Made by a program: the position numbers and the translations under genes. A DNA stretch of 64,000 nt, from positions 33,418,001 through 33,482,000 of the forward strand of contig NC_091480.1 of assembly GCF_036971445.1 (NCBI RefSeq), in the 5' to 3' direction. The notes beneath the pieces are model-generated. The model was not told where the DNA came from. It saw nothing but the letters and a program-made list of their open reading frames with translations, and made no database searches. Every line of letters starts with the position of its first letter. The stretch's first letter is position 1. This DNA is from Narcine bancroftii. Lineage: Eukaryota. This document shows, one piece after another, positions 50,261-62,703 of the stretch.

Positions 50261-51663
50261 ATCAGGAACAGATATTGTGTTTACATTCATGGGCCACAAT
50301 TTTATTCTCTGTGTCTGTTCCCATGCCTATTTATTCTACATTCCTTCAAATATCTGTCAAATCTGTACTTAATCTTGCCCTGGCTTCCACTACAGTCATC
50401 AAATATTGACTATAAACCGGTTTCTCTCACTGTCTTTTCTAAACCTCTAACATTTAATTTTATGGTCATCCATTTTGGAGATGGCACAGAGGAATTTCAC
50501 CTGGTCGATTCTGGAAATGAAGGGGTGCCTGTGAGGAACGATTGAGTCATCTGGGACGATATGCATTGGAATTTAGAAGAACGAGAGGGATCTTATAGAA
50601 ATATATTATCTATCCCTTTCATAATTTTATAAAGACAGGAAATTTGTTTCCATTGGTAGATTAGATGAGAATGATAGGAATTAGCCTCAGGAAGATCTTT
50701 CCTGGAACCAACACACCAATGGCATCATGAAGAAAGCCTCTACTTCCTCATGAGTTTGCGGAGGAGCTAGTGGAGTTGTTCAAGTGAACCGGTACGGACT
50801 TGAAGGGCCGACATGGCCTGTTTCCGTGCTGTAAACGGTTATATGGTTATATACTCTTTGTCTCTGACAGCTTCTTGGAAAGTATTTGTTAATAAGGTAG
50901 GATAAATCCTGTTTCACAATTTAAGATTTTTGATGTGGTAACAAGAAATATGGATGTTGGAATTGCTGAGTATGTGGACTTTCCAAAGTTGCTTGATTAA
51001 AATACTACTGAAAAGGCTTGTTAGAGTCATTGAAATTTGTGGATTAATCCACATTTGTAGCAAGGATGTAAGATTGTGTATGACAGTGGGGGAAAAAAAG
51101 ACCTGTGTGTTACCCAGGTTTAAGGACGAGGATGACTTGTTTTCTTGTACATGATTATTTCTAATTGTAGATGGAATGAAACAGAAGCAGGATAGTAATA
51201 GGTTACTTTGATCAAGTGGCTAGATGTTAAACAGATGATGTATTTTAGAAGGAAAAAAATAGAGATAATGCGCTTTAATACAATTTTAAAAGCGAAAGGA
51301 ACAAAGGAACCAATGTCCATATTTTTACACTTTGCAGGTGGAAGAACGGTTGAAGTGCTGCTATTAAAGCATATGGGAAGCTAATTTTAGAGATGGAAAT
51401 GCAGAGCAGGAAAAGCAAGAAGTTATGCTAGACTGAGATTTAGTTAGATGACAGCAAGAGCAATGGTGCCGCACTCTGGAAAAGCGGTGAAAGTACTAGA
51501 GGAGATGTGGATTTTAAATACAGGTACTAGAAAGTCATTGAGAGGAAAGACGTATATCTTTGTGTATATATGCACATATACCCACTCACTTCAGGATTCT
51601 TGGAGAAGATTTGAAATCTCTAAGAAAATAATGAAAACAATGTCATTAGCTGAAGGGTTAGTA

Positions 51664-51818
51664 AACACCCAACCCCAACCAACCAATTTTCCCCTGCAAC
51701 CGCTGCAACCGTGTCTGCCTGTCCCGCATCGGACTTGTCAGCCACAAACGAGCCTGCAGCTGATGTGGACTTTTACCCCCTCCATAAATCTTCGTCCGCG
51801 AAGCCAAGCCAAAGAAGA
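51664..51818 (+). mobile_element. RTE-clade LINE 3' end (short copy)
   Basis: Near-identical to the 3' ends of the copies at 43221 and 53825, in the opposite orientation. Confidence 0.9.
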
Positions 51819-52221
51819 GTAATTAAAGAAGAACTAAACTGCTGGAGGAACTCAGCAACTCTCACAGCATCTATAGGAGGTAAAGATATATAATTGGTGT
51901 TTCAGGCCTGAGCCCTTCATCACCTTGACTTGATGCATTGTTAACTCTTCATTCCAAAAAAAAAGTTTAAATTGTCAAATTCATTTCATAGAATCAAATG
52001 GGGAGAAAGGGGACATTTAACCCACTAAAAAAAAAGATCTGTTTAATTTGGTCACATTCTGAATACTTTCGTCATGGCTCTGCTAGTTCTTTCTCTTAGT
52101 CCCATTTTAATGCCGAGTTATTTTTCATTGTGTCAAAGAAATGTAATCTTGTTTGCTTGGAGAAGAACTGAATTCTATCATTTTTTCTAAATTATACTCT
52201 TTTATATATCTCATGGTGCAG

Positions 52222-52296
52222 GAAATATATCTGGAGGACGTACCATCTAATATTTAATGGAGAGAAACTAGCTGATGATAAAATGAAACTCAAAGA
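52222..52296 (+). CDS. SNRNP25: SNRNP25 coding exon 4
   Basis: gtgcag|(W)KYIWRTYHLIFNGEKLADDKMKLK(D)|GTAAGT; 75 nt. Confidence 0.95.
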
Positions 52297-53454
52297 GTAA
52301 GTATTTAATACATTTAGCCATGACATTTCCTTTTGTGCCTGAACCTATGTGAGTGGTTTTACAGCAATTTTTGTTTAAAACTTTAAAAGTCCATTTATGT
52401 CTCAAAGAGAAATTGACATCAGCAATAGTTCAGAAAGTAACAGGGGGGGGGAAGAAGTCAAGGCTGCCACTTACATTGCAAGATAGATATTGAAAGTCCT
52501 TGATAAAATATTAAAATATGAAATATACTATAAGAAAAGACTAAATGTTAAGATTGTGAAAATGGAAAACAACTTCAGGTGCTGAAAAATTAAAACAGAA
52601 ACTGTTGGAAATACTCAGCAGGCTAGACTGCATCAGTTTCACGTCGGAGATGTTCCCTTTTCGTCTTGCTTTCCCCTTGAGCTGCTCTGCATTTTCAGTG
52701 TTGTCTGTTTGTTGTTAAAAAGGCTGCATTTTCTCTCTGCTCTGTCACTTCCTTTCATTGCATCAACACCGTGAAAATAAGTAAAACTATGGGATCTTGC
52801 ATCACCGCAAAAGCCCATTTGCTCCAGTGTCTCCATTTGGGTTCCTAAATGGCCATGCAAGCTATTCCCACTTTCCAGATGGAGAAGAGGGTAGGAAAAC
52901 GATGGGAGACTTTTCAGGTTGGATTGAATAGAATGGAAACATTCGGACATTGTAGGAATGCCTTCACCCTGCTAAGTTATTGGGCTATCAGAAATGTGGT
53001 CTGCGTTCAGTGGTAGGGTGATCCATCAGGACTGTAGCAAGTTGTACCTTCATTGTATTTGCACATTAAACCATTCAGGACCTGTTAATGAACCAGGTTG
53101 GCTAGAAAGTCATTAATGGTACTTGTATATTGAAAATCTACTTCCATTACTGAATCTACTTTTGAAATTGCCAGCCTGAAAATTAATTGAACACTAAGAG
53201 GACAGATGTAACTGCCCATGGGAAACTAAAATTAGTAACTTGTAAAGTTCTGGGAGACAGCCTAGGAACAGCAGGTGCTGTAGGTTTCTGTGACACTGGA
53301 CAAAGTGCCAACTCTCTGTCTGCCTTACGGTAGACAAAAGTCAAAGAATTTCATGTATGTTACGTTCTAAATGTAGTATTATGTGATAATAATGGAACCT
53401 TTACCTTTAAATGCACCGTTGTTAAGTTTTAGTGGGTAATTAGAAGTTCACTGC

Positions 53455-53820
53455 GGTGGTCTCCCCACCCCCCACCCCCCCCCCAATCGACAAGATCTAC
53501 CAGGATCGTTGTCTGAAGAGGGCTCGCAAAATCGTTGAGGACCCCTACCAACCTACATACAGCATCTTCGAGCTACTCCTGTCAGGAAAGAGATACAGAA
53601 GTATCAGAGCCAGAACCACCTGGCTGAGGAACAGCTTCTCCAAATGGACAGTGAGAATGCTGAATGACTGATGAACTGCTCATACCATCCTTCTGTGAAT
53701 CTACTATTATTTAACAACATTTATTTAGTTTTGTATATGTACTGCATATAAATCATCTTTATATGTGTTTGCATGTTTTCACACTGAGCACCGACGAACG
53801 CAGTTTCATCCAGTTGTATG
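53455..53820 (+). mobile_element. Rex1-type LINE 3' fragment
   Basis: RCLKRARKIVEDPY...LSGKRYRSIRARTTWLRNSF; homologous to ~46700-47000. Confidence 0.75.
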
Positions 53821-53824
53821 ATAA

Positions 53825-54137
53825 TTCTTTGGCTTGGCTTCGCGGACGAAGATTTATGGAGGGGGTAAAAGTCCACGTCAGCTGCAGGCTCGTTTGTGGC
53901 TGACAAGTCCGATGCGGGACAGGCAGACACGGTTGCAGCGGTTGCAGGGGAAAATTGGTTGGTTGGGGTTGGGTGTTGGGTTTTTCCTCCTTTGCCTTTT
54001 GTCAGTGAGGTGGGCTCTGCGGTCTTCTTCAAAGGAGGTTGCTGCCCGCCAAACTGTGAGGTGCCAAGATGCACGGTTTGAGGCGAGATCAGCCCATTGG
54101 CGGTGGTCAATGTGGCAGGCACCAAGAGATTTCTTTA
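53825..54137 (-). mobile_element. RTE-clade LINE 3' fragment
   Basis: LKKSLGACHIDHRQW...CNRCNRVCLSRIGLVSHKRACS; near-identical to the 43221 copy. Confidence 0.9.
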
Positions 54138-54602
54138 AACTCGAACAATTAACCAGGCCAATCAGAAATCCCAGAAAATATGCAGCAAGAACTAAAATAA
54201 TCTCACAAATTAATGTTCTTATATTGTCATTATTCTCACCAAAAATAGAATTCAAAAAAATTTAGGTTTACATTAGTCAGCTGAACATTGGTGTAGTTTG
54301 TTGTTATCTGAATTGTGTGACTGAATCAGTGGATTTGAATGTTATCCATTGTCCTTAATCGTGAAACATTTTTTAAATTTATTTCATTCAATAGAAAACT
54401 CTTTTTTAAACTAAAGGTTATGAGCCAAGATCAATATTACTGTTGATTTATTTCATTTCATGGAGGGCAAGACAAATAAAGTAGATGACTGTTAAAAAGG
54501 AACAACATGATGTATGAGCCTGGTTAGTGGACATGCATTTCCTAGCATAAAATGGCAAATACTCAGGAAAAAATCCTAAAGTTGTAAGCTTTTCATTTGC
54601 AG

Positions 54603-54660
54603 TTACGGAATAAGGAATCGAGATGAAGTAACCTTCATAAAGAAGCTCCGTAAAAAATAA
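54603..54660 (+). CDS. SNRNP25: SNRNP25 last coding exon
   Basis: tttgcag|(D)YGIRNRDEVTFIKKLRKK*; the exons sum to 516 nt (171 aa plus stop) with consistent phases. Confidence 0.95.
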
Positions 54661-54674
54661 AAGGTTAGTATTTA

Positions 54675-54930
54675 TGGTCAGTGGCGGGTTAGTGCCACAA
54701 TGCTGTCACAGCACCAGCGGTTAGGACCGGGGTTAGAATCTTGAGCCATCTGTAAGCAGTTTGTACATTCTCCCTGTGTCTGTGTGGCTTTTCCCCGGGA
54801 GCTCTGATTTCCTCCCACCCTTCAAACCGTACCAGGGGTGTAGGACAATTGGATGTAATTGGGTGGCACGGGCTGGTGGGTTGAAAGAGCCTGTTACCGT
54901 GCTGTATGTTTGCATTTAAATTTTTTTTAA
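54675..54930 (+). mobile_element. tRNA-derived SINE (HE1-like) just after the SNRNP25 stop
   Basis: Same core (tgtacattctccctgtgtctgtgtgg) and tail as the other copies. Confidence 0.7.
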
Positions 54931-57900
54931 AAGAAATTGCTATCAATGGATGGGTAGTTTTTATTTTACATATAACAGGACCAAACTTTTAAAGTATAGT
55001 TATCTCTTATCACATCTCACTCACCAGATATCAAAAAGCATTTCTTGGCAAGCACTTTTTGCCAATGTAGTGTGCCTCAAAGGAGCTCTAAGAGTTCAAA
55101 GCCAGTGAGATGTACTCACCATTAGGCACAGTAGCTTTTGTTTTACTGATGAAAATTCCATTGGCTGGGTACACATTGTTCTTTACAATGAATTACAGTG
55201 TAGTAATTTAACTAATGCAAGATTACATCAGAAACATTTAGGTCAAAGTCTGCAATGCAGATGATAGTGAATTAGGACCATTTTTCAAATTTTAGGAACC
55301 ACAAGACATTCAATCCCCATTTCAAGAAATGGATAATTTTTTAGGTATATTAATAATTTTTTTAAATTGTCTCTTAGTGAAGTGATAAATTTCCAGTGCA
55401 AACCAACTCCAAAATCTACTCAGGAAAAATGCATTTTATTTTAATTAGACATCACCAAATGCTGATTTTTTTTAAAAAAAAAAACCACATCCTCACTTCC
55501 TCAATTCTTCCTTGCTGCTTTGGACACTTCCTGTAATTTGTTGCCTCTTCGTCCTGGAGCCAAGAATCCATATTGAAATCACTCGAGGTGTTGATTACAA
55601 ATTAGCCACAGTATCTTTCCATCTGCACATATTTCACTTTATCGGAGAAATTCCATTGGTTTGACCCACATATCAACACTACCAGATGTTTTTCTCAAAT
55701 CTGATGAAAGGTCCCATGATGTGAAGCATCCACAGATGCTGCCTGATCTGCTTATTATGGTTTTTTTAAAATATCTGCTTGCCCTCTAGGCAGGTCCCAC
55801 CACCTCGCCCTTAACAATTTGTTATGCGCTTTAATTCCCTTCATCACATCATAGATACGTCTGTCTTAAGCTTCATCCATTGCTAAGGTGAAGGCACGCA
55901 TAAACAAGGAATAATATACATTTCGCCGGGGTAGTGTAGAACCCAATTTTGGGTTTTCCAATTTTAGGTAACCCCAATGCTAACCTGATTCTGCTGTTTC
56001 CATCTGTCCTTCATCTGCTCCCATTTTCTCTACTCTCTATATATCAAGTGATTTCCCACCCTCCTTGTCTCCACTTCATTTGTCCAGTAAACTTGTCACC
56101 TTGGTCCCTCCTCCAAGACTTCCCTTTTATGCTTTTTATCCTCCTTCCCACTTTACTCTCAACAAAGTGTCCTGGCTCATAATGTTGACTGACCATTTCT
56201 TTCCATGGATTCTGCAAGATCTGCTCCAGATCTGTTGACTCGTTACACAGACCCAGAAACGTAACATGCTGATCACTCACCGGGACGCTCACAATCAATT
56301 AACCATAATGTGCCTGTTTTTGTCGAACTTTGTACAAAATTTCCAGTACAATGAAGAGAATAGTTTTGAATTTAACTTTTTTATTGTCATGTGTACTGAG
56401 AAACAGTGAAAAGCTTTGCTGTGCATGCTATTCAGCCAAGTCAACCCATACTGAAGTGCAGTGGGAAGTATAATTTACTGTTGTATAGGACGACCCCTGA
56501 ATTTTCCACCAAAAATATTGGTTTTGAACAATATCCTTTGTATAAGTGGACCGCAAATCTGGCACTTACAGTGAATGCTGTTAAAAGCAAATCACAATAT
56601 TTTAATAACAAATTAACATTTAAATGTTTACATTTTATTTGGACATTTAAAAATAAACCACTGTCAGCTCCTGTAATAGGCTGACAAAAGTGGACTGGTC
56701 AGATGGAACCTGCAAAGGGCCACTAAGACTTTGAAAATAACTAATGGGGCATGTGCAAGATCGCATCGGAGCTGGAAGGAAGATAGCAACGGTGTTTTGA
56801 CCTTGTCACCAAGATAAGAATTTTAGACCCCTTGTATAAACAACTCCGATTTAAGGTGAAATTTTAAAGTTTTGAGGATCATTTTGTACAGCGGCAGATA
56901 CTGTATATAAAAATTGTGCCATGTGTAGTGTTACAGTAAATCTAAGTACTTTGTTGGCATTCCGTCCAGAAAGCCATTGATGTCACACGAGCCTGCTGAG
57001 TGATGGTAGGGCTGTATCTTTTCCATATATTAATCCAAAGTATGACCATAGACATTCTTTGTTGGACATTGTCACAAGACTTGGTGACTCAAGGCATAGA
57101 AGCCAATCTTTCTTGGATTCCCTAGCCCAAGGATTGAAAATGCCTCTCCTATCCAATGCCAGATTAAAGCTTCCATTTCATTTTAGTGAAGATTCTGTTT
57201 TAGTCACTTACAGGGTTCAATAGAACTCTTCTTTTCACCCCCACCCCCAACCCCGCCCACTTTGTGAAAAACCAGTCAGGTTCAAGGGTTCAGCAATGCA
57301 GTGTGAGCCTTTGGTGTTCTCTATCTCAGATGCACCTACTTTGAATGTTGGGTGAGGGAACTCCTGAGGCTGCACATGACTAGAGATCAATGTGGCAAAA
57401 TGCAACAAGGTGAGCAGCACTGATATGAACTGACCTGGTAATGAGTCAAAGAGAGTGGAATTTGCAATTTTAATATCTATTTTGAGTGAGGCCAATTTTC
57501 TTTTGGCTTTTATTGTCATATGAACATAAGAACTAGGGGCAGGAGCAGACCGTCTGGCCCATAACCATTCAATAAGATCATGGCTGATCTGGCCAAGGTC
57601 CCAGCTCCATTTACCCACCCTTTCCAGAAACCCTTTATTCTTCAAAAATCTGTCAGTGCCTTAAGTAAATTCAGTGAGGTAGTCTTGTCGCTTCTCCTTT
57701 CTTTTCATACCATTTTGTGGCATAAATTTAGCATGGTAGAAATGGGATGAAGGGGGTGAAAGACCATCATTAGGCCTCAAGTGCTTTGAGCTGTGATTTT
57801 GGCATGGAACTGTTGGGAAATATTTACATGCTTGTAAGTTATCTTCCAGATTGGTGACTGTAAATTCAGTGGAAATGCTGAACTTCTACAAATTCATGCA

Positions 57901-60900
57901 TCTGTCATTTGCTGTACCTTTGGTTCCTAGATCAAGTTTTATGACATGCAGTGAAGAATATTCTCCAATTGAATATTTATAATCCTGAGCAGGAAACAGT
58001 TGGGAGCTACTTTAACACAGAGTCTTTTCCATTTTGTCTTTCATTTTGGATCTAGATTATTGTAAAACATGGTCAGAAGGAATTTGTAATCTTTGGAGAT
58101 GTACCAGATCCTTGATGCTGCCTGACAAAATTCTTTCCTCTATCAAATTCTGATAAAAGAAGACAAGTGCGCAAGAATATCAAAGGTCAAGGAAAAAAAA
58201 CATACTTTAAATTAGCCCCATTTGTACAGATTTTTCTGGTGTGACTGTTCACAGCAAATAAAATGTCTTTTTCTAAGATGCATTATAATTTCCACTGCTT
58301 CATCAAGTCCTCACTTTGACTTGGAGCCATAAGAGGATTTGGGATTGCAGGTTATTCCACAATTTTAAAATATAATTTCCCTTCTGATATTACGTGACAT
58401 TCTTTGTAAATGAACCACATCCTTCTTGATCAGAACCGTTGCAGACTCTGATATCGACGAGAGCTAATAATGAACCCATTTGCAATAAATTACTGGCTGG
58501 AATTCAGTAGGAGTCTGATACCTTGATTGAATATGATTCATTTGAAAAGATGTGTATAGATTTAAATCATAGCAGATTTTAAATAGGTTCAAGTATTGAG
58601 CAAGAGCAGCATGCAAGAGCAATATTGCATTTAAAAAGCAAAAGAATCAGCTGCCCTCAAAGGATAAACATTAAATCATTGAAAAATGAAAAGCTATTTA
58701 TCAGTTTAAAAAAAAGATATTCAGTGTTTACATAGTTTGGCTAAAGAGTAATTGATTTTGACAAATGTTTCTATCATTTTACAGTTTCCACCATGATTAT
58801 AATGGGGGATTAGTACTGTTGTAAATTCCTCTTGGGCTCTTGTACTTAAGTTGACTTTGTATTGAGCATAGCTAAATATGCCAAAAAAGATGCAAAATAG
58901 GGTGCAAAAAAAGTGAACACAATTGATTTCAGTGTAAGTTGTGGCACCGTCATTTACACTCTTCCATAAATCAGAACGTTGCGGTTTCAAATACTGCTTA
59001 AAAAAAAAAATGAACACAGAGCTGAACTTCCAGATAAGCACTGAAGGGTTAAGTACTCTCTTTTGCAGTGGATGTCAAGAGCAGAGGAATGAACCTTGTA
59101 TTCTCCAGTCATCTTTACTGGGTTGAATTGAATTGGATGATCTTTGTCACCTGTATGTACTTGGTGCACCATGTCTTTCTTTCACCCCTTGCCTTGGCCA
59201 GATGCCAAAGACTTATTCAGCTGATCCTCCACAACTGAGATTGGGGTGGCCTAGTGATGCATTAGTTTACCACTGCTGTTCTGTTCCAGAACTATAACAG
59301 TCTTGGCAGGATATAAGATTCTTTCCATAAATAGATGGCAGTAGAATACAATATTATGTATCTCAGTACAGACCAATGTCAAGCCAGGCTGCATCATTGG
59401 ACCAATATTTTCTCTCTCTTCTGGAAATGCTCAGCAAATGTCAAATGGTCCTCACCATGAAGCAATAGTTAAATTTCTGCTCTCAATGATGTGGCAACTT
59501 GCTGAATGTTTCCAGAATTTTGCATTTTTATTATCAACTTACAGCATGTGCATTTTTTTTTTCTTTCTCACTGTTTTTCACTGTGCTGGTGTAGCCCCTC
59601 TGAACAAGCATCCTGCTGGAACAGAGCTAATTTAACTTTTAAATTGAGAGTTACAACCAGTAACAGGGCCTTCTGGATATCGAGCCCAATTGATCAATTA
59701 CCCTACGAACCCCATATATCTTTGGAATGTGGGAGGAAACTGGCACACCCCTAGAACCACCATTTTTCCTCCATTTGATGCTTCTCAACCAACTGAGTTC
59801 CTCCATTAGAAAGGGTTTTTTTCTGCTCTAGCTTGGAGCATCTGCAGTCTCTCAGTGTGTCAGAGGCTTGGCACGTTGGAGGCAGTGATGAATTTCATGA
59901 TTGACATTAGCCTTGAAAGTAATGGTGTATTTAAACTTATGATACTGGTGCTGGTAATAGCATTGCGCCAATGGCTGTTTTATTTTTATAAGTTTTAATT
60001 TGAATGATACAACACGGTAGAATGCCTTTCCATTTCTTGAATCCTGTACTGCCAATTAACCTACCAACCCCATACATTTTGGAAGGTGGGAGGAAACCAG
60101 AGCATGGGGATCATGGGAAGGACGTCCAAAGCCCTTGCAGAGAAAATTTCATCCTACGTTGCCTTCTGAACCAAGGTAACCCCATAAGGCAGTGAGCTGC
60201 AGCAGGAATGAAGCAGGGGTACACGCATATTTGGAGACAGCTCTGTGTTGTTAACTCATTCATGGGATCCACAAAAGAAAAGATCTCTTGCTTTGCAAAG
60301 CAAAGGACCTCAACCAAATTTCCCCTGCTGAAAAACACTGCCCTGCAACAATAACAGATCAAAATGGAAAATGTAGACCATCTCCTCACCTTGGATGCGA
60401 TATCAATGAAATTCATCACTGCCTCCAATGTGCCAAGCCTCTGACACACTGAGAGACTGGCAGATGCTGGAACCTGGAGTTTTAAAAAAAAAAACCCTAT
60501 CTACTGGAGGAACTCGTTCAGAAGCATTAATAAGAAGAAAAATGGTGGTTGAAATTTCAGGTCGGAACCCTTCTTCAAGACTGAATGTGGTGAGAGGAGA
60601 TAATGTAATGAGGACAGGGTGGCGGGAGCTGGACCGGGGCCAATAGCAGATTGGTGAACCAGGGGAAGGATATCAGCTCGACGGAGAGGCAGCTGATTGG
60701 TAGGTGAGAGGCAAGGGAATAAAGGGCCAGGTGTAAAAAAAAAATAGAATGAGCATTACAGGATGAAATTGGAGATAGCTCGAGAGGGGAGATACGTGGA
60801 GACAGGCTACCAGTCGTCCAAACTCCACTTTATTGTCAAGAGTACATATGTGATATCAATTACAGCCTTGAGATTATTTTTCCTGTGAGCTGGACAGAAT

Positions 60901-61315
60901 TTCTACTTATTGCTCGGACAGAAAACTCAAGAAAAGATACTGATAGAAAGGTGAGAAATGTAAACAGAAAGAAATAAAGAAAATAACTATTCAATAATAA
61001 ATAATATGAAAAGAGGAGTCATACTGTGGCAACAAAGACAACAGTGAATTGCAGGCAAAGTCTAAGCATTGCTCGTCTTTGTCTCCACTAACACTCCCTC
61101 CAGCCATCTCCAACCTTAAATGACTCGTCTTTATCCGTCCAACCCCTTTTTTCCCTCTTGCATACACTCTCTGTCCTATCGACTGGCCCCAGCTCCCTAT
61201 CTGTCCGTCATCCTGTACCTCCTCCTTGGTTTAGTTATCCCTAACTGCCCTCCATTCAACTCTTCCTGCCCTATCCTCATTGAACTGCCCATCTTCCCCC
61301 TGCACTTAGATTCTT

Positions 61316-62703
61316 TTTCTAAATTGTTTTTATTTTTCACACTATGAGCCATACTAACCAAAATACACACAAACTTTTCCCTCTTGAATATACACAGTGT
61401 CTTTCCACCCCCCCTTCCCTCCCTCCTTCACCCCCCCTCCCCAACCACTCAACGTTCAACCTATATGATACATTAAACCCATTAAACAATGTCATCACAC
61501 AATGAAAATAAACAAGAAATTTGTGTCATCTACTTTTACATACTGGGTCAGTTCATTTCGTCGTCTTCTCCTGTTATTTTAGGTGGTGGAGGTCCGCGGT
61601 AGGACTTCTCTGTTGTGTTCCATGTACGGTTCCCAAATTTGTTCGAATACTGTGATGTTATTTCTTAAATTATATGTTATTTTTTCCAATGGAATACATT
61701 TATTCATTTCTATGTACCATTGCAGTATTCTCAGGCTGTATTCTAATTTCCAAGTTGACATAATACATTTTTTTGCTACAGCTATGGCTATCATGATAAA
61801 TCTTTTTTGTGCTCCATCCAAATCGAGTCCAAGTTCTTTACTTCTTATATTACTTAGAAGGAAGATCTCTGGATTTTTTTGGTATGTTGCTTTTTGTGAT
61901 TTTATTTAATACCTGATTTAGATCTTCCCAAAACTTTTCCACTTTCTCACATGCCCAAATTGCATGTACTGTTGTTCTCGTTTCCTTCTTACAATGAGAT
62001 TGGACCAGATTAGAGCTAGATAAAATAGGGGAGAAGGTACCTGAACATATACCATATAAGTGGGATGAAAAGCTGGTGCAACATAGGAATTCACCAGTAC
62101 TGAACCATCTGCTCAACATTTGGAAGAAGATTCACGTAGAAAGGAATAAAATAAATTATCAACTACCAAAATTAATATTAATGCAAAATCAACTAATCTC
62201 TTTCACAATAGATAACCTTTCCTTTCGAGAATGGGAGAGAAAAGGGATCAAAAGAATAGAAAATTGTTTTTCGGGAAATAAATTATTATCTTTTGAACAA
62301 ATGAAGGACAAATATGGTATAACTCACGGTACAATGTTTGCATACCACCAACTGAAAACCTACTTGAAGGACAAATTGGGAAGCAGACTGAGGTTACCAG
62401 AAGGAAGCAATTTTGAATATGTGATTACAGACACAATGATAATTAAAAGATTTATAACAAACATGTACATCAAACTGCAAGAGAAAGAGAATGAGGAAAC
62501 AAGCTGTAAACCCCAACAAAAATGGGAACAAGATCTAAACAAAGATAAAGCATGAAAAATGGGAAAAGCTATGCTCCGGAACTATGAGAAATACAATAAA
62601 TATGAGGTTACGCATGATACAATACAATTGGTTCCACAGGCTATACACCGTGTCCCAAAAGTTAAATAAATGGGACCCAACAGTATCAGAGAGATGTTAT
62701 CGT
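61316..62703 (-). mobile_element. 5'-inverted (twin-primed) L1 insertion with a 15-bp TSD
   Basis: The minus-strand 3' part (61316-61993) joins a plus-strand upstream part (~61997-62703); TSD tgcacttagattctt (61301-61315) / tgcacttaaattctt (62704-62718). Confidence 0.9.

Noticed and set aside
40608-54602. Possible U12-type introns in SNRNP25 (autoregulation idea)
   Set aside because: The donors are GTGTGT, GTATGT, GTAAAT and GTAAGT; none matches the U12 consensus RTATCCTT.
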